Shown: positions 38,655 to 52,448, counted from the first letter of the stretch. The stretch: 64,000 nt of DNA from an uncultured Pseudomonadota bacterium (GCA_963836235.1 CAWIIP010000002.1:1376001-1440000); one strand, 5' to 3'. Numbers and translations are program-made. The notes: generated from the letters alone by a model not told the origin.

Positions 38655-41196
38655 TTCCCGCTCCTCCCTCGCCTTCCTCATCCTTAGGCACGTTGACCAC
38701 CGAGACTAACCGGTCGTCGTCGCCCATTTTAATCAAACGGACGCCTTGCGCCAGACGTCCCGTGGTTTTTATTTCTTTCACTCTCTGCCGGATGACCTTG
38801 CCTTCCTTGGTCATGGCGATGATTTCGTCCTCGTCGCCCACGGAGGTGATGCTGATGGCCAGCCCGTTTTTGGCGGTCGTCTTAATGTTGAGGATACCCT
38901 TGCCGCCTCTCCCCTGCCGGCGGTAGGCCGACAGTTTGGTGCGCTTTCCATAGCCCTTTTCGGTGGCGGTTAAAATGGATTTTCCCTCACGGACCACTTC
39001 CATACCGATCACGAGGTCGTTCTTGGCCAGGCGGATGCCACGGACACCCTTGCCAGCCCGGCCCACTTCCCTGACCTGTTTTTCCTGGAAGCGAATGCTT
39101 TTTCCCTGCTTGGTGGCCAGGAAGATGTCCTGTTTTCCATCGGTGATCCAGGCGGAGACCAGGCTATCCCCCTTGCCTAAGGTAATGGCGATAATGCCAC
39201 CCGCCCGGGGCTTGTCGAAAGCCGAAAGCAAAGTGTTCTTGATGAGACCGTCCCGGGTGGCCATGAGAATGCTATTTTTCTCGGTGAATTCCTTCACCGG
39301 CAGGACGGCTGAGATTTTTTCGCCCTCGCCCAGCTTCAGCACGTTGGCCAGGGCCGTGCCCTTGGCGTAGCGGGAGGATTCGGGAATTTCGTAAACCTTC
39401 AGCCAATGCACCTTGCCGAAGCTAGTGAAGATGAGCAGGAAGTCGTGGGTGGAAGCGGTGTACATGCGTTCGATGAAGTCTTCCTCCCGCATGGTAGCGC
39501 CCGCCACGCCCTTGCCGCCCCGGCGTTGCTTGTGATAGGAGTCGACCGGAATGCGCTTGATGTAACCGGCGTGCGAAAGGGTGATGACTCCCTGTTCGTC
39601 CTCGATCAGATCTTCCACTTTAAGGTCTTCGGCCTTGCCGATGATCTCACTTCGGCGGGGGTCCGCGTACTTGGTCTTGATTTCAGTGAGCTCGTCCTTG
39701 ATGACCTGCCAGAGTTTTTTCTCGGAGCCCAGGATGCCCTTGAGCATCTCGATGGTCTTAATGATTTCTTTGTACTCTTCCTCGATCTTCTTGATTTCCA
39801 GGTTGGTCAATTGGCGTAGTTGCATTTCCAAGATGGCCTGGGCTTGGATGGCCGACAAGTCAAAATTACTGATAAGGGCGGCCTTTGCTTCGTCGGTGGA
39901 CTTGCTGGCGCGGATGGTCTTGATGACCTTGTCCAGGTTGTCGATGGCGATGCGCAAGCCCTCGAGGATATGGGCGCGCTTCTCGGCCTTGTCCAAATCG
40001 AACTTGGTGCGGCGGATGACCACTTCTTTGCGGTGCTCCAGGTAATGATAGAGGAGGCCTTTCAAATTGAGGACCCGCGGCTGCCCGTTGACGAGCGCCA
40101 GCATGATGATTCCGAACGACGTGCGAAGGGAGGTCTGGGTGAGGAGGTTGTTCAACACTACTTGGGCGTTCATGTTCTTTGAAACTTCGATGACGATGCG
40201 CATGCCGTCGCGGTCGGACTCATCCCGGAGGTCGGTGATGCCTTCCATTTTCTTGTCTCGCACCAACTCGGCGATTTTTTCGATCAGTTGCGCCTTGTTG
40301 ACCTGGTAAGGCAGTTCGGAAACGATGACTCGCTCCCGGTCTTTCTTGTCGGTCTCCACCGCGGCCTTGGCCTGCATGCGCACTGATCCCCGCCCCGTGG
40401 TGTAGGCCTCAACGATTCCCTCTCGGCCCAGGATGTAACCACCAGTGGGAAAATCCGGCCCATGGATAAACTTGATGAGATCCTTGACGGTGGCTTCGGG
40501 ATGGTCGATCAGGTGCATCAATCCGTCGATCACTTCCCCCAGGTTGTGCGGTGGGACGTTGGTGGCCATACCGACCGCGATACCGGTGGAGCCGTTGACG
40601 AGGAAGTTGGGAAATGCGCAAGGCAGGACCAGGGGCTCTTCGCGGGTATTGTCATAGTTGGGGACGAAATCGACGGTATTCTTATCGATGTCCTTCAGGA
40701 GCTCTTCGGACAAGGGCGACATGCGCACTTCGGTGTAACGTTCGGCGGCGGGCGGATCCCCGTCGATGGAGCCGAAGTTCCCCTGCCCGTCAACCAGCAC
40801 GTAGCGCATGGAGAAATCCTGCGCCAATCGGACGATGGTGTCGTAGACCGAGGCGGTTCCGTGGGGATGGTAGTTACCCGTGACGTCGCCGGTGACCTTA
40901 GCCGATTTGCGATAGGGCTTGCGGGAGGTCAAGCTTAAGTCGTGCATGCCCATGAAAATGCGGCGATGGACTGGCTTTAGTCCGTCCCGAACGTCGGGCA
41001 GCGCGCGGCCCACGATGACGCTCATAGCGTAATCGAGGTAGGAATCCTTCATCTCGTTTTCGATGTCCGTCGAGACGATGTTCCCGCGGTTGATATCCCC
41101 GCCCTCGCCGCCCGCGGCGGGCGGGTTCTTCCCTGGCGGAAGTTGGTCGTTGCCGTCGTTCTGCGGGGTTTCTTTTTTCTTTTTCAGCCGGGCCAT
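38644..41196 (-). CDS. gyrA: DNA gyrase subunit A
   Basis: [36 protein letters not shown] and GyrA-box QRRGGKG. Confidence 0.98.
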   Translation of the reverse strand: MARLKKKKETPQNDGNDQLPPGKNPPAAGGEGGDINRGNIVSTDIENEMKDSYLDYAMSVIVGRALPDVRDGLKPVHRRIFMGMHDLSLTSRKPYRKSAKVTGDVTGNYHPHGTASVYDTIVRLAQDFSMRYVLVDGQGNFGSIDGDPPAAERYTEVRMSPLSEELLKDIDKNTVDFVPNYDNTREEPLVLPCAFPNFLVNGSTGIAVGMATNVPPHNLGEVIDGLMHLIDHPEATVKDLIKFIHGPDFPTGGYILGREGIVEAYTTGRGSVRMQAKAAVETDKKDRERVIVSELPYQVNKAQLIEKIAELVRDKKMEGITDLRDESDRDGMRIVIEVSKNMNAQVVLNNLLTQTSLRTSFGIIMLALVNGQPRVLNLKGLLYHYLEHRKEVVIRRTKFDLDKAEKRAHILEGLRIAIDNLDKVIKTIRASKSTDEAKAALISNFDLSAIQAQAILEMQLRQLTNLEIKKIEEEYKEIIKTIEMLKGILGSEKKLWQVIKDELTEIKTKYADPRRSEIIGKAEDLKVEDLIEDEQGVITLSHAGYIKRIPVDSYHKQRRGGKGVAGATMREEDFIERMYTASTHDFLLIFTSFGKVHWLKVYEIPESSRYAKGTALANVLKLGEGEKISAVLPVKEFTEKNSILMATRDGLIKNTLLSAFDKPRAGGIIAITLGKGDSLVSAWITDGKQDIFLATKQGKSIRFQEKQVREVGRAGKGVRGIRLAKNDLVIGMEVVREGKSILTATEKGYGKRTKLSAYRRQGRGGKGILNIKTTAKNGLAISITSVGDEDEIIAMTKEGKVIRQRVKEIKTTGRLAQGVRLIKMGDDDRLVSVVNVPKDEEGEGGAGSEK

Positions 41197-41223
41197 GTCG
41201 TTCCTTTAAAACCAATTTTGAAT

Positions 41224-43919
<2,696 letters not shown>

Positions 43920-43926
43920 TGGATAA

Positions 43927-44253
43927 CTACGCCTTTGAGCCTCTCGACAACGTCAAAGCCAGCGTCTTGATCCCGATTTCAGGAAATTCCTTCTGCAGTT
44001 TTTGAAGAATTTCCACTTTTCGGAAATTCACTTCGTTCATCCAAATGGAATGGTTAAAAGCCATTTGGACCGTGCGGCCCTTGAGATCGACTCCCGTCAG
44101 GGCTTTCGACGCTTTATCCCCCAGCACTTCCCTGCACTTTTTCTCCACGCGGAACTTTTCGAAATCACCCTTAACCCCCAAGGTCTGAAGGGCGCCTTCC
44201 AAAAGCGCGCCGACTTCCACCAACCCGCCTTGATGCTTTTTTCTGCGGCGCAT
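43927..44253 (-). CDS. dciA: DciA / DUF721 family protein
   Basis: Lies between recF and gyrB; size and the HSIWMNEVNFRK.EILQKL pattern fit. Confidence 0.75.
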   Translation of the reverse strand: MRRRKKHQGGLVEVGALLEGALQTLGVKGDFEKFRVEKKCREVLGDKASKALTGVDLKGRTVQMAFNHSIWMNEVNFRKVEILQKLQKEFPEIGIKTLALTLSRGSKA

Positions 44254-44262
44254 AGCGACCTT

Positions 44263-45381
44263 TTAGGAAGCGGGACCCTCTTGGGTCATCGCCACTTGTC
44301 CTTTTTCCACCCGGAAGATCCTGGCCTTTTGCGAGGCCGCCGAAAAATCATGGGCGGAGGTTCCGGTTAAAAAAGCCTGGCCCCCCTGTTGTAAGCGGTT
44401 CAGGAAAAAAGCCCGGCGCTTCTCATCCAACTCGGCCATCACGTCATCAAATAATATCAGGGGCGCCGTGTGGCAACCCTCGGTCAAAAGGGACAACTGC
44501 GCCAGCTTCAGCGCCAAGGCTCCCGTTCTTTGCTGGCCCTGGCTTCCGAACTTGCGCAAAGGCTTTCCGTTCACCCAGAGTCCCAAATCATCCCTGTGAG
44601 GCCCAACCACCGTCACGCCCCGGGCCAGTTCTTCCCTTCGGGCTTGAATTAAAGCCTGAAGCATGATTTCTTTCAGAGACCCTGTGCCGCCATCCAAGGA
44701 AAGACAAGGTTCATACCGAACTTCAAATTTTTCGACACCGCCCGTTAAATCTTTAAGTGCCTGTCCCGCGAATTCCGAAAGCCGCTGGGCCATTTCCGCC
44801 CGTTTAAGAATCAGTGCTGCCCCATGTTCGGCCAAAGGTGCGTCCCAAACCGCCAACTGGGATTCCAAGTTGGGAACTCTTTGGCGCAAGAGGGAATTGC
44901 GTTGTTTTAAAGTTCGCTCATATTGTTGAAAGTGTCCTAAATATCCTTCATCCATTTGAAGGATCGTTACGTCCAGGTAGCGCCGTCTCAAAGCCGGCCC
45001 TCCCTTGACCAAAAACAAGTCATCCGGCGAAAAAACCACCGCTGGCAGGCGGCCCAGAAGGGAAGAGAGTTTCTTTTGTTTCTTGCCGTTGACGAGGAGG
45101 GCTTTGTTCTTGTCCCTTCTCAATTCCAGTCGGATTTGTTCCTGTCCCTCTTCTCGTTGCAAAAGTCCTTCAATCGCTCCCGCTTCTTGGCCAAACTGGA
45201 TCATTTCCTCGTCCGAAGCCGCCCGAAAGGAACGAGTGGTCGAAAGACAATAGAGTCCTTCTAAGATGTTGGTTTTTCCCTGGGCATTGGACCCCAAAAA
45301 GAGATTCAGTTGCGGGTGGAACCCAACCTCCAAGGATTCATAATTTCGAAAATGGGAAAACCGTAAGGAGCAAACATGCAC
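44263..45381 (-). CDS. recF: DNA replication/repair protein RecF
   Basis: FRNY, GSNAQGKTN, GPHRDD, GSQGQQR and FDDVMAELD motifs. Confidence 0.97.
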   Translation of the reverse strand: MHVCSLRFSHFRNYESLEVGFHPQLNLFLGSNAQGKTNILEGLYCLSTTRSFRAASDEEMIQFGQEAGAIEGLLQREEGQEQIRLELRRDKNKALLVNGKKQKKLSSLLGRLPAVVFSPDDLFLVKGGPALRRRYLDVTILQMDEGYLGHFQQYERTLKQRNSLLRQRVPNLESQLAVWDAPLAEHGAALILKRAEMAQRLSEFAGQALKDLTGGVEKFEVRYEPCLSLDGGTGSLKEIMLQALIQARREELARGVTVVGPHRDDLGLWVNGKPLRKFGSQGQQRTGALALKLAQLSLLTEGCHTAPLILFDDVMAELDEKRRAFFLNRLQQGGQAFLTGTSAHDFSAASQKARIFRVEKGQVAMTQEGPAS

Positions 45382-45589
45382 TCATCAACCTCTTATTTAT
45401 ATCGGCCATTCATTGAGGAGGCGAAAGACCGCTGTTAACGATAACGGAGGGCTTCACTGCACACCTCTTGCGGCCTCAAAAGACACTTTTTAGCCCGAAA
45501 TGGGCCCGGATTTTTTATTTTTTGATCAGAATCGGTTGCGAAACAGCGCATTAAGATGATGCTTATTATAGTCGGCCTCGCTTTGAATT

Positions 45590-45990
45590 ACATTTTAAAA
45601 GTGATTGTTTTTCCACACTTTTCAAAAGCCTTTATAAAAAATAGCTCAAATAAATGGGCATTAATAAAATGATTATTTACAGACCTTTTAGGAACCACTT
45701 TCGAGTCCATTCGGGGAATTGTTCCATGTGGAACAAAACAAGGCCATCAGTCACACCGCCTTGGAACTCAGAATTTTGAAAAGGGAATCGGGATAGGCTG
45801 GAAAAAAATTCAGAGGGGTTTCTTGGAAGGCTGGCCCACAGGCCGTGGATAAGTCGGGGAAGTTGTCCCCTGTTTTTCCACAATCACTATAAAACGTGAC
45901 CGATTTAATCCGGGAAGCGAATATGAAGCCTTATGAACGATTTTACACCGAAGGAGCTCCAAGGCCTTTTGGGCCTTATCCACGATGCCT
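45590..45990. other. Cluster of DnaA-box-like 9-mers and an AT-rich tract (oriC-like or relic)
   Basis: TTTTCCACA (45609, 45874), TTATTTACA (45673), CGTGGATAA (45844) and TTATCCACG (45976); AT-rich at 45630-45680. Confidence 0.45.
45720..45735. promoter_or_regulatory. parS-like site
   Basis: TGTTCCATGTGGAACA compared with consensus TGTTTCACGTGAAACA. Confidence 0.8.
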
Positions 45991-46538
45991 ACTTGGTCTT
46001 CGGTCATCCAATTCACAAGATATCCACCGGTTTTCAAGAGCGGGATACCATATTCCAAAACAGTCCGAAAATCGGCAACCGCCCGGACCGTTACCCCGTC
46101 CCAGGTCTCCCGGGTCTGGGGGTTACGACCTATCTCTTCCGCCCGGCCCGTGAGGGTCTTGGATTTCCATCCCGCGGCTTCCAGGCATAGCTCCAGGGCT
46201 TTGGTCTTCTTGGCCACCGAATCCATCAAGGTCACTTCGGTTTCGGCAAAAGCCGCGATCAAAACCACGCCCGGAAAGCCACAGCCCGACCCCAAATCCA
46301 TCCATCGTTGCGGGGCCTTGAGCAAAGGCTTTATTTCCGGCAGGGCATAAGCGGAATCGAGGAGATGGTTATTGAGAAAGGCCTCATCTTCTGTCCAACG
46401 GGTGAGATTGAGGCTTTCGTTGATTTGAAGCATCTGAAGGGAAAATCGGGTAAGGGCCGAAAGGGCATCGCTGGAGATCAATCCGGTTAAGCCGGCTTTC
46501 TCCAGCGTTTCTCCCAGAAGCTCAGGAGTAAGGCTCAA
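45810..46538 (-). CDS. rsmG: 16S rRNA m7G527 methyltransferase RsmG (GidB)
   Basis: NLT, HLLDS, DLGSGCGFPG, GRAEE, RAVA and YPR motifs; directly after mnmG. Confidence 0.95.
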   Translation of the reverse strand: MSLTPELLGETLEKAGLTGLISSDALSALTRFSLQMLQINESLNLTRWTEDEAFLNNHLLDSAYALPEIKPLLKAPQRWMDLGSGCGFPGVVLIAAFAETEVTLMDSVAKKTKALELCLEAAGWKSKTLTGRAEEIGRNPQTRETWDGVTVRAVADFRTVLEYGIPLLKTGGYLVNWMTEDQVGIVDKAQKALELLRCKIVHKASYSLPGLNRSRFIVIVEKQGTTSPTYPRPVGQPSKKPL

Positions 46539-48442
46539 ATTTCAGCTTCCGGGAAAGTAGAAGAGGCCTCCGCTTGCTGTTTGGAGTAGCGGCTGATCGC
46601 CAAAAGGAAAACCGCCAAGTCGGCTTGGCTGACCCCCTGGATGCGGGTGGCCTGGCCGAAGGTTTCCGGCCTGATCTTATTCAGTTTTTCCTTGGCTTCG
46701 CGCGAAAAACCCCGGACCTCCAGGTAGGGGAAGTCCCGAGGGATGGGAAGGGTCTCATTACGGCTTTGCCTTTGAATCTCCTGCCTCTGCTTGCGCAAAT
46801 AGCCTTCATACTTCAGCTCCACTTCGATCTGAAAGGCGACTTCACCCTCAAACTGCAGGTCGGGGGGCAGGAAAGGCTTTAAACCCTCATAAGTCATCCA
46901 GGGCCGCCGCAGGATATTGTCCAGGTAGAGCGCCCGGTCTTGAACCGTAAGCTGCAAGGCCTCATTGGGAGCCGCTTCAGGGGGCAAAACCCGGGTGCGA
47001 AAGCCCTTCAGGCCTCTTTCAATCTGAACTTTTTTCTCAATGAGAGCTTCCCGGGCCTCCCGAGGGATCAATCCCAGCTCATAACCCTTCTCCATCAGGC
47101 GTAAGTCGGCATTGTCAGGCCTCAAAAGGAGCCGGTATTCGGCCTTGGAGGTGAAAAGCCGGTAGGGTTCTTCGGTGCCTTTGGTAACCAAATCGTCCAC
47201 CAGGACTCCAATATAGGCTTCAGTACGGGAAAGGGTGAAAGGAGCCAGGCCTTTGACCACCAGGGCGGCGTTGATTCCCGCCATCAAGCCCTGGGCGGCA
47301 GCTTCCTCATACCCGGAAGTCCCATTGATTTGGCCCGCCAGGAAGAGGTTCTTCACCCGATAAGTCTCCAAGCTATGGGAAACCTGCGTGGGGGGGACAA
47401 AGTCATATTCCACCGCGTAACCGGGCCGGACAATTTCCGCTTGCTCCAGCCCCGGAACCGTATGGAGAAAGGCATATTGTGCATCCAGGGGGAGGGAAGT
47501 AGAGAGGCCGTTCAGGTAAAACTCGTTAGTGGAGAGCCCTTCGGGCTCCAGGAAGATCTGGTGCCTTTCCTTATCCGGAAATTTGACCACCTTGTCCTCA
47601 ATTGAGGGGCAATAGCGGGGCCCGATACCTTTGATGACCCCCGAATAGAGGGGTGAGCGGGACATGTTGTCCTTGATGGCCTGGTGGGTCCGGTCATTGG
47701 TGTAGGTGATATAGCAGGCGATCTGGGGCTGCAGTGGGAAAGTGGTGGTGAAGTGCGAGAAGGGAACCGGATCCGCGTCCCCCCATTGCTCTTCCGTTTT
47801 GGAAAAGTCGATGGACTCCCGCTTCACCCGGGGGTTGGTGCCGGTTTTTAGGCGCCTCACGTCAAAACCCAGTTCTCGAAGGTTCGTAGGCAAGCCCTTA
47901 GAGGAAAGGTCGCCGTTGCGGCCTCCCTCGATTTTGGTTTCGCCGATATGCATCAAACCGTTCAGAAAGGTGCCGGTAGTGATCACCACGGCCTTAGCCT
48001 GGATCTCCTCGCCCGTTTGGGTGAGAACGCCCTTCACGATACCGCCTTCCACGATCAAGCGCTCGACCATGGCTTGCTTCACTTCCAAACCCGGCTGGCG
48101 CAAGACGGTGTGCTTCATGCGGTGGTTATATTGTTCCTTGTCGCATTGGGCGCGAAGGCCCCAGACCGCCGGCCCTTGGGTTTTGTTCAGCACGCGCGAT
48201 TGGATGGAAGTCTCGTCGGTGGCCTTGGCCATCTCGCCGCCCAGGGCGTCGATCTCACGCACTAGGTGGCCCTTCGCCAGTCCGCCCACGGCCGGATTGC
48301 AGCTCATCTTGGCGACGGTGTCCGGGTTCATGGTCAGGAGCGCCGTGGAAAGCCCCATGCGGGCGCAAGCCAGCGCGGCCTCGCAACCGGCGTGTCCGGC
48401 TCCGACCACGATCACGTCATAGGATAAGAAAGTACTCGCCAC
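46535..48442 (-). CDS. mnmG: tRNA uridine-34 modification enzyme MnmG (GidA)
   Basis: GAGHAGCEAA, MSCNPAVGG, GPRYCPSIEDK and GQINGTSGYEEAAAQG motifs. Confidence 0.98.
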   Translation of the reverse strand: MASTFLSYDVIVVGAGHAGCEAALACARMGLSTALLTMNPDTVAKMSCNPAVGGLAKGHLVREIDALGGEMAKATDETSIQSRVLNKTQGPAVWGLRAQCDKEQYNHRMKHTVLRQPGLEVKQAMVERLIVEGGIVKGVLTQTGEEIQAKAVVITTGTFLNGLMHIGETKIEGGRNGDLSSKGLPTNLRELGFDVRRLKTGTNPRVKRESIDFSKTEEQWGDADPVPFSHFTTTFPLQPQIACYITYTNDRTHQAIKDNMSRSPLYSGVIKGIGPRYCPSIEDKVVKFPDKERHQIFLEPEGLSTNEFYLNGLSTSLPLDAQYAFLHTVPGLEQAEIVRPGYAVEYDFVPPTQVSHSLETYRVKNLFLAGQINGTSGYEEAAAQGLMAGINAALVVKGLAPFTLSRTEAYIGVLVDDLVTKGTEEPYRLFTSKAEYRLLLRPDNADLRLMEKGYELGLIPREAREALIEKKVQIERGLKGFRTRVLPPEAAPNEALQLTVQDRALYLDNILRRPWMTYEGLKPFLPPDLQFEGEVAFQIEVELKYEGYLRKQRQEIQRQSRNETLPIPRDFPYLEVRGFSREAKEKLNKIRPETFGQATRIQGVSQADLAVFLLAISRYSKQQAEASSTFPEAEI

Positions 48443-48531
48443 GAAAAACCTCTAAGAAAAAATAATTCGGATCGAGTTTATAACACAAGTAGGGAAGAGG
48501 TACAACGCCGCTCCAAAGGAACTGCGCTCGA

Positions 48532-48675
48532 ACCACCAAGAGCACCGCCCTTTGGCTGAAAGCCAAAGACGTAAACGAGCTTACCAAGAGAGGCAAAAGC
48601 GAATTGGATTTTAAAACCGCTTCTTAAAATTTCGTTTTCGTTGTTCTGGTTGAACTCGTTTACACCCTTGGTGGT
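48532..48675. repeat. REP-like nested inverted repeat
   Basis: ACCACCAAG..GTAAACGAG pairs with CTCGTTTAC..CTTGGTGGT. Confidence 0.6.
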
Positions 48676-48705
48676 AAAAAATTCTCAAAAGCCTTTAGGG
48701 CCTTT

Positions 48706-48721
48706 TGTTCCACATGGAACA
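48706..48721. promoter_or_regulatory. parS-like site
   Basis: TGTTCCACATGGAACA, the exact reverse complement of the 45720 site. Confidence 0.8.
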
Positions 48722-48744
48722 ATTCAATGGACAAGTCCCATTTT

Positions 48745-48773
48745 AAGTATTACTTTTATTATAAGTAATACTT
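48745..48773. promoter_or_regulatory. Palindromic operator of the AbrB-VapC module
   Basis: AAGTATTACTT-N7-AAGTAATACTT, a perfect inverted repeat. Confidence 0.75.
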
Positions 48774-48791
48774 TCAAAAGGAGTACGCCTT

Positions 48792-49055
48792 ATGGATAGC
48801 ATCGTCACGACCAAAGGCCAAGTGGTGATTCCTATGGATTTACGGGCAAAATACGAGATCCAAAAGGGCACCCGGGTCCATTTTGCCGAGGAAAACGGCC
48901 GTATTTACCTGGTCCCCCTGAACGCGAAGCTGATTGAACAATATGCCGGCATTCTCAAGGGTGGCAAAGGTTCCATGACCAAAGCCCTTCTAGAAGAGCG
49001 ACGTAAAGAACGGATCCGGGAAGATAAAAAAGTAAAACGCTGGACCCAGCGTTGA
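48792..49055 (+). CDS. AbrB/MazE/SpoVT-family antitoxin
   Basis: VTTKGQVVIP..LR..Y.I..G motif. Confidence 0.9.
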   Translation: MDSIVTTKGQVVIPMDLRAKYEIQKGTRVHFAEENGRIYLVPLNAKLIEQYAGILKGGKGSMTKALLEERRKERIREDKKVKRWTQR

Positions 49056-49450
49056 ACCCCCTTATCTTTGACAGCAGTGCCCTTCTCAGTTATTTCCTGG
49101 GGGAAGAGGGGGCTTCGGAAGTCCAAAAACTCCTCAAGACCGCGGTTCACGAAGAAGCCTCCCTTTTTCTTTCGCCGATCAATCTAGGGGAAATGTTTTA
49201 TATCGTTTCCCGAAAAGAAAGCCCTGAAAAAGCCGAAAGCCTCGTCCAAATGCTGGACGAGTTATTTTTTGAGATGCCCCCGGTGGACGTTGAAACATCG
49301 CTCTTGGCCGCCAAGCTTAAAGGAAGTCACGGCTTAGGATACGCGGATGCCTTTGCTGCGGCCTTGGCCCTGCGGCAAAAGGGAGACTTGGTGACAGGCG
49401 ATAAAGAATTCAAGGCCATCGAAAAAGAACTCACCATTCACTGGATTTGA
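49052..49450 (+). CDS. vapC: VapC-family PIN-domain toxin
   Basis: IFDSSA, NLGE, YADAFA and LVTGD.EF motifs. Confidence 0.9.
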   Translation: MNPLIFDSSALLSYFLGEEGASEVQKLLKTAVHEEASLFLSPINLGEMFYIVSRKESPEKAESLVQMLDELFFEMPPVDVETSLLAAKLKGSHGLGYADAFAAALALRQKGDLVTGDKEFKAIEKELTIHWI

Positions 49451-49468
49451 TCCGAAGAAAGAAAACCT

Positions 49469-50176
49469 ATGCGCCTCTACATCATCCGCCACGCCGAACC
49501 CGATTACGAACATAACACCATCACGAAGCAAGGCCACAAGGAGGCTCGAGCACTGGCCAAGCGTTTAAAAAGTGAAGGCCTTACCCGGATCTATTCCTCG
49601 CCCCTAGGCCGGGCGCTTCACACCGCCGACTACACCGCCAAGGCCACGGGCCTGAAAGTGAAAGTGGAAAACTGGACCCGTGAACTTTCGGAATTGAAGA
49701 TGGAATCCATCCCGCCCTGGGAGCCTTTGATCGCCTGGGACTTGCCCGGCGAAATCATCCGGGCGAAAAGGGAAGTCCTGACCCACGAAGCCTGGCACCA
49801 AATCCCCCACCTGGGCTCGAAGAAGTTCCGGCGGGTGATCGCCCGGGTTAACCGCCATTCGGACGCCTTCCTCCAACGCCACGGCTACCGCCGCTCCGGT
49901 GGGCGCTACCGGGTGCTGAAGGATAACCGGGAAAGGGTCGCGGTCTTTTGTCATGGGGGTTTCGGCCTCACCTGGCTTTCTCATCTTTTGGAAATTCCCC
50001 CGCCCCTCATGTGGTCCGGTTTTTGGATGGCGCCCTCTTCGGTCACCACAGTACTATTCGACAGGCGCTCCCCAAAGTGGGCCGTGCCCCGCTGTATCGG
50101 CTTTTGCGATACCTCCCACCTGCGCCTTGAGGGCCTGCCGGTTTCCACCCACGGCATTAAGGCCAACTTCGATTAG
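49469..50176 (+). CDS. Histidine phosphatase family protein
   Basis: IIRHAE, SSPLGRA..T and FCHGG motifs. Confidence 0.9.
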   Translation: MRLYIIRHAEPDYEHNTITKQGHKEARALAKRLKSEGLTRIYSSPLGRALHTADYTAKATGLKVKVENWTRELSELKMESIPPWEPLIAWDLPGEIIRAKREVLTHEAWHQIPHLGSKKFRRVIARVNRHSDAFLQRHGYRRSGGRYRVLKDNRERVAVFCHGGFGLTWLSHLLEIPPPLMWSGFWMAPSSVTTVLFDRRSPKWAVPRCIGFCDTSHLRLEGLPVSTHGIKANFD

Positions 50177-50240
50177 TTTGGCTTTCCTCCGAGCCTTCTT
50201 GGGGCCAAAGGGGGTCTCCTAGCCGTCCAAGGGCTACCTC

Positions 50241-50347
50241 CTACTTTCCTTTGAGTCAAAATGGCCAAAAACATCCCTTCGGGCGTAACGAGTTTGAAAA
50301 TCTCAAACTCGTTACGCTTTTGAAGCTATTTTGACCCAATGGAGTAG
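50241..50347. repeat. Long nested hairpin between convergent genes
   Basis: Perfect 15-bp stem GCGTAACGAGTTTGA/TCAAACTCGTTACGC inside an outer GTCAAAAT/ATTTTGAC and CTAC/GTAG stem. Confidence 0.75.
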
Positions 50348-50503
50348 GGGGGGTCTGGTCACTTATAAGGCCTATCCAGGTGGACGTTCCAGATACCAGA
50401 TTTGAAGAGCATTTTTAAATCTTGTTTTATAAAAATTTTATAAAACAAACTCTTTAAAGATGCATAAGGATAATCTAGCCTTTTTTCCTAGAGTTTGAGC
50501 CCC

Positions 50504-51490
50504 TTAAAGCCCATCCATCACCTGGCTTAAGAGCTCATAAGACCTTAGCCGGGCCGGGAAGTCATAGATGGCCGAATGTACCATTACCTCATCCACCCTC
50601 GTTTCCTTGATAAAGGCCTTTAGGCCCTTCTCAATGGTTTGGGGCGACCCCACGAAGGAACAGCCCAGCCAGGCCTCCGCCTGGGCCTTTTCTTCCGGGG
50701 TCCAAAAGCTTTCGATATCGACCAGGGGTGGCGGCATCTGGCCCCTTTTCCCCCGAAAAATGTTAGTGACGGTTTGCTGGGTTGAGGTGAAAAGGCATTT
50801 CGCCTCCTCGTCCGTTTCGGCGGCAATCACATTGACGCAGACCATGGCCCGGGAACGCTGCAGCTTGCCCGAAGCCTTAAATTGGGCCCGGTAGAGGGGC
50901 AAGGCCTCCCTGAGGTCCTTCGGGGCGAAATGGGCGGCGAAAGCATAGGGCAACCCCAATTGGGCGGCCAATTGCGCCCCAAACAGGCTGGACCCGAGGA
51001 TCCAAAGGGGCACGTTGGTGCCCGCTCCCGGCACGGCCTTCACCGCCTGCCCCGGCAGGGCAGGGCTCAAAAGCTCTTCCAGTTCCAAAACATCTTGCGG
51101 GAAATGGTCCGAGTTACCCGGTGGGCGCCGCAGGGCTATTAGGGTGCGCTGGTCGGTACCCGGCGCCCGGCCCAGCCCCAGGTCGATGCGCCCGGGATAA
51201 AGGGTTTCCAGCGTGCCGAACTGTTCGGCAATCACCAAGGGCGAATGGTTGGGAAGCATCACCCCGCCCGATCCCACCCGGATGGTGCGGGTACCCCCAG
51301 CCAAATAGCCGATGACCACCGCTGTGGCGGCACTGGCAATGCCGGGCATGTTGTGGTGCTCCGCCACCCAAAACCGCTTGTAACCCCAAGCTTCGGCCTT
51401 CTGAGCCAGCTTCAGCGACCGCCGAAGCGCCTCCGCCGGATTGGACCCTTGGGTAACGGGAACTAAGTCAAAAACCGAGAAATCAGCCAT
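50504..51490 (-). CDS. Luciferase-like (LLM class) flavin-dependent oxidoreductase
   Basis: [20 protein letters not shown] and [11 protein letters not shown] motifs. Confidence 0.93.
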   Translation of the reverse strand: MADFSVFDLVPVTQGSNPAEALRRSLKLAQKAEAWGYKRFWVAEHHNMPGIASAATAVVIGYLAGGTRTIRVGSGGVMLPNHSPLVIAEQFGTLETLYPGRIDLGLGRAPGTDQRTLIALRRPPGNSDHFPQDVLELEELLSPALPGQAVKAVPGAGTNVPLWILGSSLFGAQLAAQLGLPYAFAAHFAPKDLREALPLYRAQFKASGKLQRSRAMVCVNVIAAETDEEAKCLFTSTQQTVTNIFRGKRGQMPPPLVDIESFWTPEEKAQAEAWLGCSFVGSPQTIEKGLKAFIKETRVDEVMVHSAIYDFPARLRSYELLSQVMDGL

Positions 51491-51818
51491 GGATTTACCT
51501 TTTCTATTCACGAGGGAAAAACGGGAACGGCTTCAATGTAGGTAGTAGAGAGAGTGAAAGCAATGAGAGAGGTATTAAAGATAAACCTAGGGAATAAATA
51601 ACGACAACTATTTAATAATTTTATTAATTCCCAATTGAATCTCTTTTTTCGAGATTATGCCGCGTGCACAAGAAAGGTCGACACTTTACAGTTTCTCTAA
51701 TCCTCTTTGGGCATTGAAGAATCGTTATTTTTCCTTTATTTCCAGCTCGAATAAAAAACCTAGTGAAGTTCGAAAGGCGGATTACACTATTCAAGGTTAT
51801 CCATTCGGACGGAGTCTT

Positions 51819-52448
51819 ATGAAAATAATTCCTCTCATCCTTATTCTTCTATTCCTCTTTAATTCCTTGAAAGCCTTTACGTTCCCACCGACCGAATCCC
51901 TGGAAATCAAATATCAAGAACTCCTGCCAATTCAATTTCAACTGGTGACCGTTCAGCACATGCGGTTCCCAGGGCTTCCCAAGGCCGTGGTCGTCACCTA
52001 TATCCCCTTGTCCGGGGTAAAAAAAGGACCCGAGGCCATGGCGGCTCTTCTCGCCGATGGGGCGGACGGACCCTATGTTGTATGGCAATCGGCCCCCATC
52101 CATGCCATACCCGAACCTTTTTCGGGGGTTCATTTCCTCGGTCCCGGTTCCCGGGTGGAGGTATTTTTGTTCTGCCACGCTTATGGGGCTTCCGCCGGAG
52201 TCCACATGGAAGCCTATCGATGGGACGGCAAGACCTTCTCGTCCGTGGGCCTCAAGCCCTTGGACGGTTTCGATACCCTGACTGTCGAATTTCTGGGAAA
52301 CATCGGTGAGTATATGGTGGTCGTGAGGGGCCGCTACCATTACGTGGAATATCTGATTTACGAAAATGGCAATCTGGTGGCTGCTCCCGCAAACTACGTC
52401 AAAGAATATCTTTTGAAAAAGTCGGGGCGGAGTTTTGTTCCCCATTAA
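51819..52448 (+). CDS. Hypothetical secreted protein
   Basis: Signal peptide MKIIPLILILLFLFNSLKA after a GGAG RBS. Confidence 0.65.
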   Translation: MKIIPLILILLFLFNSLKAFTFPPTESLEIKYQELLPIQFQLVTVQHMRFPGLPKAVVVTYIPLSGVKKGPEAMAALLADGADGPYVVWQSAPIHAIPEPFSGVHFLGPGSRVEVFLFCHAYGASAGVHMEAYRWDGKTFSSVGLKPLDGFDTLTVEFLGNIGEYMVVVRGRYHYVEYLIYENGNLVAAPANYVKEYLLKKSGRSFVPH

